Shown here: positions 32,217 through 41,800 of the stretch, in pieces
Numbering within the stretch: the stretch's first letter is position 1
How the letters are laid out: every line of letters starts with the position of its first letter
Assembly (NCBI GenBank): GCA_044432745.1
Contig: JAWXUH010000003.1
Location: 27,283 to 91,282, forward strand
Length of the DNA: 64,000 bases
Source: a bacterium
GTDB lineage: Bacteria; Bacillota_I; Bacilli_A; RF39; UBA660
Direction: 5' to 3'
Translations under genes and position numbers: made by a program
The notes under the pieces: model-generated
Database searches by the model: none
Told to the model about the DNA's origin: nothing
Seen by the model: the letters and a program-made list of their open reading frames with translations, nothing else

Positions 32217-32858
32217 ATGAAAACAATAATATATTTAATTAGACACTCTGAACCTTTAAAAAAACATTTAGGTATTTGTAAAACAGATGAAATTGAAAAG
32301 ATACGAAATGAAAAAAATATCTTAAGCGTAAATGGTGAACAAAAAGCAAAAATATTAAGTGAGGCAACTGAATTTAAAAACATTGATGTTTTATATTCAT
32401 CACACTATGTAAGAGCAGTATCTACTGCTAAATACATCGCTGAAAACAACCAAATTGACATAAACATCGACAAATGTTTTGGAGAAAGAGTATTTGGTGT
32501 CAATGACATAAGTGAAATTCCTGGAGATTATCACGAAAGACAATTCTATGACAGAGATTATAAATTAGAAAATGGAGAATCACTTAACGATTTATTTAAA
32601 AGAATGTCTGAAGGTTTTAACAACGTATATACAACAAATAAATATAAAAACATAGCGATTTTATCACATGGAACAGCTATATGTGCTTTGTTAGAAAAAT
32701 GGTGTGATCTTAAATACAATAAAAATAACGGATTAAACGAAATATTTTTTAATAACAAAATGATTTTTGATGGTAATTTTAATGCTCCAGAAGTATTTAA
32801 ATTAGTATTTGATGAATCTGATATATTAATTGATATTGAAAATATAATAATAAAATAG
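32217..32858 (+). CDS. Histidine phosphatase family protein (phosphoglycerate mutase-like)
   Basis: RHG-type motif IYLIRHSEP and a second catalytic His in ILSHGTAI. Confidence 0.75.
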   Translation: MKTIIYLIRHSEPLKKHLGICKTDEIEKIRNEKNILSVNGEQKAKILSEATEFKNIDVLYSSHYVRAVSTAKYIAENNQIDINIDKCFGERVFGVNDISEIPGDYHERQFYDRDYKLENGESLNDLFKRMSEGFNNVYTTNKYKNIAILSHGTAICALLEKWCDLKYNKNNGLNEIFFNNKMIFDGNFNAPEVFKLVFDESDILIDIENIIIK

Positions 32859-32867
32859 AAATTAAAT

Positions 32868-32915
32868 TCTGAAGATATTTTATTCGAACTTTAAGAGTTC
32901 GTTTTTTTGACAATA
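32868..32915 (+). repeat. Copy 3 (more diverged) of the flank/terminator repeat
   Basis: CTGAAGATATTTTATTCGAACTTTAAGAGTTCGTTTTTTT aligns with copy 2 (TTCAAAAGATAATTGTATCGAACTTTAATGTTCGATTTTTTT). Confidence 0.5.
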
Positions 32916-32990
32916 AATAATATATTTATAATCTTCCTAGCAATAACTAACCTTCCCTATTCAATCATTTTATATTCTAAGTGAAAATAT

Positions 32991-33027
32991 AAAAAGAAGA
33001 ACGTTATTATAACGTTCTTCTTTTTTT
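32991..33027. terminator. Strong bidirectional terminator
   Basis: 11-bp stem AGAAGAACGTT-ATTAT-AACGTTCTTCT flanked by an A-run and a T-run. Confidence 0.7.
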
Positions 33028-33048
33028 GTTAAGTAAATAATTATCCAT

Positions 33049-33696
33049 TTACAATATTTGTTTTTTGTCTAGATTTTCTATTATAACTTCCCCATCTCTC
33101 AATGTAGTATATTTTAATTTTTTTTCATCTAAATATTTTACAACGTTAGGCATCAAATGACTTTCTGCATGATTTGGTGATTCCCAGTGAGGTACTGGTA
33201 AATAATCAATAATTCCAAGACCTTCCCAAATAATAGAATTAACACCATAAGGATCTTGTTCTGGTTCGTCTGCTAAATGTATACCGTCTAAATTCTGTGA
33301 AAGAACACAAATTCCTGCACTAAACCCCATATAGATAAAATTAGTATTATCTACTTGATTATGTACAAAAGTATCAAATCCACTAAATTTCATAGCTTGT
33401 CTTAAAACAAAAACATTTCCACCTAAAACAAAAACACCACCTATATTTTTTAATATTTCATTAAGTTCTTCTTCCTTATTAAAGAATTGTTTTAAATCTA
33501 AAACAAAACTTTCAAAACCAAGCTCACTTAATTCTTTTTGAAACACAATTATGTTATTTGTTTTTCTTTCACCATCAGGATAAACGTCTAAAGCATTAGG
33601 TATAATAGCAATTTTTTTATTCTCATGCCCTTTCGACCAATTTTGTAAAAATTCAAGATTTTCACCTAACTTGTATGAAGATAAATATAGTTGCAT
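33049..33696 (-). CDS. Peptidase S51 (dipeptidase E-like) family protein
   Basis: GGNVFVLRQAM and the nucleophile motif GFSAG. Confidence 0.65.
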   Translation of the reverse strand: MQLYLSSYKLGENLEFLQNWSKGHENKKIAIIPNALDVYPDGERKTNNIIVFQKELSELGFESFVLDLKQFFNKEEELNEILKNIGGVFVLGGNVFVLRQAMKFSGFDTFVHNQVDNTNFIYMGFSAGICVLSQNLDGIHLADEPEQDPYGVNSIIWEGLGIIDYLPVPHWESPNHAESHLMPNVVKYLDEKKLKYTTLRDGEVIIENLDKKQIL

Positions 33697-33836
33697 ATAG
33701 TATCACTCCTTTTAAAAACAATTGTATCATATAATACTGTCGATTACAAACGTTGTATTTTTATTTTTTTCTAAACAAAAACAAAATAATTTGATTAAAT
33801 TTGAAAGCTACTATATAATACACACGAGGTGAAAAT

Positions 33837-34565
33837 ATGTTTAATCAAGAGGAGTTACAAAATGAACTTAGAAAAGAATATCCAATATTTATAGGCGAAG
33901 GAAATATTGGACGTATATATGTTAATGAATCTAAAAATAAAATTTTAAAGTTACCTAAATATAATTTATATTTCAAAGATAATTCACTATTAGAGAAATT
34001 AGTTTTAATTGATCATGATAATTTTTCTTTTCCTATTGATTTGATATATAAGGACATTGATAATTCTAATAGAATTGTAGGATATACTGCAAGATTTTCT
34101 AAAGGAGAATCTATTGAAGATATGAATAAAGAAATTTTATTTGATGATTTTGTTAAATCAGTTGAAAATGGTTTTAAAAACATTTTACTAATGTATGAAA
34201 AAGGTATTATTCCATACGATTTATACTTACAAAATATGTTATACGAAGAGAAAAATATTTATTTTATAGACACTGATTCCTATTTAATAGGCGATAATAA
34301 ATATTATTTTGAAAAAACATTAGATACATATTTTAAAGAAATATTTAATTTTTTAAATAACTCTCTTACTATTACCGATATTTATGAAGGAGATATAAAT
34401 AATCCAAGAACTAAATTAATACAAGATTTTTGGTTTAACAAGATCAGTTTATTAGAATACCTAACAAAATTCAAAGAACTTTACTTTGATATACACAAAA
34501 GTGAGTTAATAACAATCAACGATTTTATGAACGATAGTAAACAATATGTTAGAAAATCAAAATAA
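33837..34565 (+). CDS. Protein-kinase-like fold protein (putative phosphotransferase)
   Basis: Gly-rich GEGNIGRIY, then K in ILKLPK, then YDLYLQNMLY (D..N) and FIDTDS (DxD). Confidence 0.35.
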   Translation: MFNQEELQNELRKEYPIFIGEGNIGRIYVNESKNKILKLPKYNLYFKDNSLLEKLVLIDHDNFSFPIDLIYKDIDNSNRIVGYTARFSKGESIEDMNKEILFDDFVKSVENGFKNILLMYEKGIIPYDLYLQNMLYEEKNIYFIDTDSYLIGDNKYYFEKTLDTYFKEIFNFLNNSLTITDIYEGDINNPRTKLIQDFWFNKISLLEYLTKFKELYFDIHKSELITINDFMNDSKQYVRKSK

Positions 34566-34598
34566 AAAAGATATACATGCTTTAGTATATCTTTTTTT
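34565..34598. terminator. Bidirectional terminator
   Basis: AAAGATATAC-ATGCTTTA-GTATATCTTT plus a T-run. Confidence 0.65.
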
Positions 34599-34601
34599 AT
34601 G

Positions 34602-35471
34602 TTATTTTGTTCTTTTTCTTGTAATTACAGCATCTTGATTATAAGGAATATCACTTGATACATTTATATCTCTATTAACTTGTGAACTTGATTTTTTAAA
34701 GTTAACTTCAAATAAGTTATCTTTTTTATATATTATAGAAAACATATATATTTCTAATTTATTATTTCTATATATAATTAAATAATCTTGAGCAGTTCCC
34801 GTCATAGCACTTCCATATATAACTTGATTTTCTATTTCTTCAAATGTAAATTCTTTTTTTATTACTTCTTTTGTAGAATCATCTTCACCTAAATTCATTA
34901 ACTTAGATGCAAACTGCGCGCTATAATTATAATTATCAGTAAAATCACTTCTTATAGTTTCATTACTTGGTATAACAAAATTATCGCATACTAGTCCATC
35001 TTTGTTATTTCTAGCATAAACTAAACCTTTACTTGCTAAGTATATATACCTTGCTGTTTCTCCGCTAGCATAACCTTTAAATAACGCATCTATAGCCTCT
35101 CTTGTAAAAAGATCGCTAACATAACCTTCCTCTCTTAAATTAGATTGAATTAAGTATACTTCTTTATTTTTTTTAATAAAATAATAGTTATCTATAGCTA
35201 TACCTCTATTTAATAAAATTCTAAAATACATTTTATCAAGTTCTAAACAAAGATTTACTGCATCTAATCCGTTTATAGTATCGCCAGGATACAATTGATT
35301 AGGAAACCCTTTAGTAAGTACGTTATTTTGATTTTTATTAATATCTTCAGATGAAATATTACTAAATAATATTTCATCTGGACTTGTAAAAAATAAACCA
35401 GAAAGCAATAAGTGTATTAACTGAACTTTATTGCCTTTTACATACTTCTTTTCCATTTTGTCTATTTCCAT
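34602..35471 (-). CDS. Hypothetical protein
   Basis: 289-aa ORF with no recognised motif. Confidence 0.45.
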   Translation of the reverse strand: MEIDKMEKKYVKGNKVQLIHLLLSGLFFTSPDEILFSNISSEDINKNQNNVLTKGFPNQLYPGDTINGLDAVNLCLELDKMYFRILLNRGIAIDNYYFIKKNKEVYLIQSNLREEGYVSDLFTREAIDALFKGYASGETARYIYLASKGLVYARNNKDGLVCDNFVIPSNETIRSDFTDNYNYSAQFASKLMNLGEDDSTKEVIKKEFTFEEIENQVIYGSAMTGTAQDYLIIYRNNKLEIYMFSIIYKKDNLFEVNFKKSSSQVNRDINVSSDIPYNQDAVITRKRTK

Positions 35472-35764
35472 ATAAAATCACTCTTTCTTAATGAATTATA
35501 CTAGCACACAATAAGACGTTAATCAACAATAAAAATTCTTACTTTTATCTAAGTGTATAATTTCTAAAGTAAAATCATCCATTATAATTAACACTTTCGC
35601 CTTATTTATATTGATCCTATCTCTACTTAAAATATATTGTATCACTTTTTACATTCTTTAAAAATAGTTCGTAAATCTTAACAAATAGTTTACATATATA
35701 CATTAACTCTGCTTCATATTTCTTATATCACAAATTTATATGTTAAAATAGAATTGGTGATAGT

Positions 35765-36370
35765 ATGTATTTTATAAATATATTTTTAATGTTTATGATT
35801 TATTCAATATTTGGTTATTTCTACGAAATACTGGTTATATTGTGTTTTGAAAAGAAAATTGAAATTAAAAGAGGATTCTTACTAGGTCCATATATTCCGA
35901 TATATGGATTTGGTATGATGTTTATGACCTTATTCTTATTTCCACTTAAAGACAATATTATAATGTTATTTTTAGCTAGTTTGGTATCTGCTGGAATACT
36001 TGAATATATGACAAGCTATGTTATGGAAAAAATATATGGTTATAGATGGTGGGACTACTCTGATGATCCATTTAATATAAATGGAAGGATTACTTTATCA
36101 ATTCTTATTCTATTTGGTATAGGAGGAATATTAGTTGTAAATTATATTGCACCTTTTATTACAAATTTACTAAACAATATAAACAATACTACTCTTTTCA
36201 TTAGTGCCCTTATACTAGGAATAATAATTTTAACTGATCTTTATTTATCAACATACATTTCTTTTAAGATAAAAGCTAATGTACTAAAAAAAGCTTGTAA
36301 AGACTCTACTAAATTTATTAAAGAAGAAACATATAATTATATTAAAAAAGTATTAAAAAATAAGTCATAA
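35765..36370 (+). CDS. Membrane protein of the putative ABC-transporter type IV (CmpB / PF06541-like) family
   Basis: IFGYFYEILV, GPYIPIYGFG and YRWWDYSDDPFNINGRI match that family as recalled. Confidence 0.55.
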   Translation: MYFINIFLMFMIYSIFGYFYEILVILCFEKKIEIKRGFLLGPYIPIYGFGMMFMTLFLFPLKDNIIMLFLASLVSAGILEYMTSYVMEKIYGYRWWDYSDDPFNINGRITLSILILFGIGGILVVNYIAPFITNLLNNINNTTLFISALILGIIILTDLYLSTYISFKIKANVLKKACKDSTKFIKEETYNYIKKVLKNKS

Positions 36371-36390
36371 ACTAATATGACTTATTTTTA
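36359..36390. terminator. Bidirectional terminator
   Basis: AATAAGTCAT-AAACTAAT-ATGACTTATT plus a T-run, overlapping both stop codons. Confidence 0.65.
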
Positions 36391-38205
36391 TTTGTTAAAT
36401 ACTTCTTCAATCATTGATAATATTAAATCTTTTTTAAAAGGTTTAGCTATATAATTAGTAAATCCTAGTTTTTTATATTTAGATTCAGCATCCGATAAAG
36501 CATCCGCTGTAAGAGCTATAACTGGAATATTAAAATCTGGATTTTCTTTTAAACGAAGAAGCGTATCTTCTCCACCTAACTCAGGCATCATAATGTCCAT
36601 TAAAATTAAATCATAAGAATTATTTTTTAATTTATCAATACATTCCAACCCATTGTAACATTCATCAAGTATTAAACCAGTATCTGATAGAAATTTTTTA
36701 GCTACTTTTATATTTAGCGTATTATCATCTACTATTAAAACTTTTTTACCAGTTAAGTTTTTAGAAAAATTAACATTATTTATTGCAACTATTACTTCAT
36801 CTTCTTTTTTTTCTAATTGATCTATTTTCTGAGGTAAATTAACTACGAATAAAGAACCTTCACCAAACTTACTATTACAATTTATATTACCTTGCATAGA
36901 TTCAACTAATTTTTTAGTAATAGCAAGCCCAAGACCTACACCTTCTATTGTTGTATTTTTTTCAGCATCAAGTCTTTCAAACTTTGTAAATAATTTCTTT
37001 AAGAAATCTTCATTAATTCCCCTACCAGTATCTTCAACAGTTATACGTAAAAGAGCTATATCATCTTTATTTATTGTTTGAACGTTTATCTTAACATAAC
37101 CTTCTTTTGTATATTTTATAGCGTTACTAACTAAATTAGATATAATAGTTTTTACATGAGATGAATCTCCAAGTAATTTATAAGGAACGTCTTGTCCTAC
37201 AGTACAAGATAATTCTATATTCTTAGTACCTATTCTAACTCTATTAACATTTAGTATTTGTGTTAAAGCTACTCTTATATCATATGGTCTAGGATTTATT
37301 TCAAGCTTATCACTTTCAATTTTATTAATATCTAATATATTACCCACTATTTCAAGTAATGTTTGAGAAGCATTTAATATATCATTAAGATCTTCCTTCA
37401 TAGATTCATCTATATTTTGGCTTGAAACCATATTTTCACTTAAACCAACTATTGCATTCAAAGGAGTTCTAACTTCATGAGACATACTTGATAAGAAATC
37501 AGATTTAGCAGCATTAGCTTTCTCAGCTCTTTTTTTCTCAATATTTAAATTATCCATTAATTTAACATCTGGATTTTCTATAGTAAAGTACATTATTAGA
37601 TTAACAAAAGATAAGAATAATGATACTAATACTAAACTTGGTAAGTATAATCTACATACTAATAATGTTATAAGTAATATAATTAATATATACACTGGGC
37701 TATATTTTCTATTATTTAAATTTTTGATGTTATGTAAAAATACTACAACAATTAGAATTATATAGGTAAAAAAAGCTAAATAAGCTACATCCATAGCCAT
37801 ACCAGTTGCACTCATAATACCATCTTGATTTATAAGTTCTATTGGAGCAATAACAACAAAGAGCATAACTAAAAGGTTTATTAAACACGTTGATTTTGAA
37901 AACTTAGATAATTTTTTTTCAGGTACATTATAACTAATTAAATATACATAAAAGAATATACCCCAAGCATAATTTAATAAACACATAAGATCTAATTTAT
38001 TAAAAACAAATATCAAAAAAGATTCAGGTAGTGTATAGTTAAGAAATATAATTAATGAACAAAAGATAGAATCGAACAAAGCACAAATAATTAAAAAACT
38101 ATATATTTTTGTTTCATTATTTTTAACATTTTCTTTACTAAAAAACAAAAGAAATAACAAAACTGATATAGCTAACCCTACTAAAGGAAGCTGTAAATTA
38201 TACAT
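36388..38205 (-). CDS. Hybrid sensor histidine kinase / response regulator
   Basis: About six N-terminal TM helices, H-box FLSSMSHEVRTPLNAI, N/G boxes (SNAIKYT, DTGRGI, GVGLGLAI) and a C-terminal REC (VLIVDDN...LILMDIMMP...K). Confidence 0.85.
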   Translation of the reverse strand: MYNLQLPLVGLAISVLLFLLFFSKENVKNNETKIYSFLIICALFDSIFCSLIIFLNYTLPESFLIFVFNKLDLMCLLNYAWGIFFYVYLISYNVPEKKLSKFSKSTCLINLLVMLFVVIAPIELINQDGIMSATGMAMDVAYLAFFTYIILIVVVFLHNIKNLNNRKYSPVYILIILLITLLVCRLYLPSLVLVSLFLSFVNLIMYFTIENPDVKLMDNLNIEKKRAEKANAAKSDFLSSMSHEVRTPLNAIVGLSENMVSSQNIDESMKEDLNDILNASQTLLEIVGNILDINKIESDKLEINPRPYDIRVALTQILNVNRVRIGTKNIELSCTVGQDVPYKLLGDSSHVKTIISNLVSNAIKYTKEGYVKINVQTINKDDIALLRITVEDTGRGINEDFLKKLFTKFERLDAEKNTTIEGVGLGLAITKKLVESMQGNINCNSKFGEGSLFVVNLPQKIDQLEKKEDEVIVAINNVNFSKNLTGKKVLIVDDNTLNIKVAKKFLSDTGLILDECYNGLECIDKLKNNSYDLILMDIMMPELGGEDTLLRLKENPDFNIPVIALTADALSDAESKYKKLGFTNYIAKPFKKDLILSMIEEVFNK

Positions 38206-38212
38206 AAAACTC

Positions 38213-38842
38213 CTAACTAATTTCTAATATATCTTCTAAAGAAATTTCTTTTAATTCGTAAGACTTATCGTTAGATGATATAGAAATTATATGATTATCT
38301 AGCTCGGCAGAACTTATCATAAAACCATTATAACATAAACTTAATTTTTTGTAATCAAATTTTATATTATTAAAATCACTTGAAATACCTGTTCCAACCA
38401 TCTTCAAGTATGCTTCTCTTTTAGTCCAAACATTAGTAAGAAACACTAAATCAGTAAGCAAATCAGAGTATTCTTTTATTTCTATTTCATCAAAGATATA
38501 AGATACTAAATTTTCACTAAATTCGTTAACTTTTTCTACATCTACACCAATTTCATATTCACTAAAAGCTACTACTACCATATTATCAGTGTGACTTATA
38601 TTAAATTTAACAGGACAGTTATTTATAAATGGCTTACCATGTTCATTATATATAAAATTTAGATCTGATTTAATATTGTTAACTTCAAAGTATTTTTTTA
38701 TCAACAAAAAAGAAACTAAGCTATTTAATTTATCTTCTAATTTGATATAATTATTTATCTTAGTTTTTCTTTGATTTGTTATATTAAAATCTTTATCAAA
38801 TAATCTCAGCCACTGAGGTGTTATATAACAATAATAAATCAT
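38213..38842 (-). CDS. Sfp-type 4'-phosphopantetheinyl transferase
   Basis: HGKPF, FNISHTDN, GVDVEKV and WTKREAYLKMVG. One nt separates it from the NRPS stop. Confidence 0.85.
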   Translation of the reverse strand: MIYYCYITPQWLRLFDKDFNITNQRKTKINNYIKLEDKLNSLVSFLLIKKYFEVNNIKSDLNFIYNEHGKPFINNCPVKFNISHTDNMVVVAFSEYEIGVDVEKVNEFSENLVSYIFDEIEIKEYSDLLTDLVFLTNVWTKREAYLKMVGTGISSDFNNIKFDYKKLSLCYNGFMISSAELDNHIISISSNDKSYELKEISLEDILEIS

Positions 38843-38843
38843 T

Positions 38844-41800
38844 TTATTTCTTATCCCTTATTCTAACATTACTAGAAATTTTTAATTTCAAGTTAGTATA
38901 GTCATTAGATATTAGATTAGATGTTGGATTTTCTATATAACTATTTAAATATTGATATACGATTGTGTAGTTAGGATTATGAGTTTCTTCTATCTTAGCA
39001 TCTGCAAATTCAAAAAACTTCTCATCATCTATTACTTCAAATTCTACACCTTTATATCTTAAATAATCTGTTAATAATTCTATTGAATTATCATAAATAT
39101 GATAAGTTTCATTCCCAGTTAAATTAGAAAGCTTAATAATATTTTTTACTGTTTCATCAACAGACATAAGTTGAATCTTAGCATCTATTGCTGCTCTTGG
39201 GAAATATTTTATTTCTTTTATTGTATCAACAATCATTTTAAAAATACTTGTATCTTCATTTATTTGAAATTTATTGTCATAACTACGTTCATCAATGTAA
39301 CCAAGTCTATAAACATTTGAAGCAAGTCCTTTTTCCTTAGCTTTAGATATAAGTTCTTCTGCTTTAAATTTGCTCAACATATAAGCATCATGCGATACAT
39401 CTTGCCCTATATCTAGTCTATCTTCCGTAAATACTAAATTATTATTATTTTGAGTAGACATTCCTATCCCTGATATAGTAATAGTTGATACTTGATTTAA
39501 CACTGCACCATTAATTGCACTAATTTTCATTAAATTATATACAGCATCAACATTATCCTTCTTAGAATCTTCTATAGAAGCAAAATGACTAACATTAGCT
39601 GCAGAATTATATATAATTCCTACTTCTGAAATAAGTGTATTATATTGATCATCTGTTAAACCAAATTTTTCTTTAGACAAATCTCCTATTAATATATTAG
39701 TTCTAGATAAAATTTCTTCTGAATTATCAAAATAAAATTCCAAAGCATTTTTAAATTTTTCTACGTTTCTTACAATAACATAAACATTTTCGTTTCTATA
39801 AGTTAAATATTCTAAAATGTGTGAACCCAAATATCCACCTGCTCCTGTTACTAAAATTGCATTTTGTAAATTAATTTCTTTAATTTCTTCTGAAAAAATA
39901 TTTAAATCATATTCTTCTAAATTAATGTCTTTTTCTCTATTAGCTTTAATTTCTATCAACTCTGCAATAGAAGCAACAGTTACTTTTTTTGGTAAATACA
40001 TTAAATTTATTTTAACAGATAATTCCTTTTCTAATCTAGAAATCATATCAATTTTCATTTTTGAACTTCCACCTAAGGATTCAAAAGTTGAAGAAATACC
40101 AATTGGTTTAATATTAAGTATATCCTCCCATACAGAAATAATTGTTTCTTGAACACTCGTATAAGGTGCTTCATATATACTTTCTAAATGTTTTGAATAA
40201 TCGATTACTGGTAAAGAATTTCTATCTATTTTGCCTGAATTAGTTAATGGAATTTTATCAAGTTTAACAAAAATATGAGGAACCATATAAAGTGGTAATA
40301 TATTTTCCATATGATCTCTAAGTATATTTAAATCTATATCTGTATTTGATTCAAAGTAACCTACTAAGAGACTCTCTTCGTTATTCTTTTGTACGTTTAC
40401 AGAACATAATGCAATATTTTCAAAATTATTCATTACATTTTCTACTTCATCTATTTCAATTCTAAGTCCATTTATTTTTATTTGATTGTCATCTCTTCCA
40501 CAAAAAACAAGTTCACTCTCCATATTTACATAACCATAATCACCTGTTTTATAGAATCTATTACCATTTGAGTTATAGAATTTTTCTGAAGTAAGTTCCT
40601 CTTTATTATAATATCCAAGAGCTACACCAGTACCCATAACTACTATTTCTCCAATTTGATTTGTTGGCAAATCTATACCATGTTTATCTTTAATAAATAA
40701 TTTAAAATTCTTAATAGGTTTACCTACAGAGTGAGTAGAATTTTCTATCAATTTACCACAATTAAACACTGTTGTCTCAGTTGGTCCATATAAATAATAT
40801 ACAGATGGATTATCACATAAAATATTAACTTCATTTATTAAATCTTGACTAAGTTTTTCTCCACCAATAATTATTGTATTTAAATTATTTAATGACACAT
40901 CAGTATTAGAAATTATTTGTTTTAATCTAGTAGGAGTTAAATTTATAGCAAGTGATTCATTTTTTTGAATTAAATCTATAATAGAATTAACATTAACTAA
41001 TTCTTCATTAGTTGTTAAAATTAATGTTTTAGCATTTAATAAAGGAACCCAAACATCTTCTAAAAAAGCATCAAAACCCATGCATATTACAGATAACATA
41101 GAATCACTATCATTTAGTAAATATGAATTATTAATTCCCATATTTAAAACACCTTCATCTGGTATAACTGTTACTTTAGGAACACCTGATGATCCAGAAG
41201 TATGAATTGCACAAAATATATTATCTTTCTTATATTTTTGTCTAACAGGATTTTTTGTATCCAAATGCAATAATTTTATAATATCTATTTTTTCAACTTC
41301 ACTATTATTATAATTAGTACCATAAGTAAGCATTAAATTTGATTGAACTTCATTTATTAAAAAATCTATTCTATTTGTAGGATACTGCTCATCATCTATT
41401 ACAAAATATGCTTTACCTATTTTAAGCATAGCAATTATAGAAACAATAGTATAAAAATTTCTATTTCCTACAATAGGAACTATATCACTTTTAATTAAAT
41501 CCTCTTCTACAAAGTAATTAGCTAATGAATTTGCATAACTATTTAACTCACTATAAGTATAACTTTTACCGTCGTATACTAAAGCAATATTATCTGGATA
41601 ATTTTCTGCATTAGATTCAAAAACATCAATTGTACTTTGATCAAATTCGTTGAATTCTGAAGAATTAAACTCACTCATTATTTCATAATCTTTTTTACTA
41701 AATACTGATATATCGTCTACCTTCATATTCACATCATTCATAACTTGTTTTGCTATTACTAACAATCTATTAAACATATTTTCAATTTCACTTCTTGTAA

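Noticed and set aside
28592-35500. Searched the tRNA-adjacent accessory region for an integrase, recombinase, transposase or phage genes.
   Set aside because: None of the ORFs shows tyrosine or serine recombinase or DDE motifs, so no mobile_element feature is called. Only the att-like repeats are reported.
39817-40152. 111-aa plus-strand ORF inside the NRPS.
   Set aside because: It is antisense to the PCP/R-domain coding region, where the NRPS motifs are clear.
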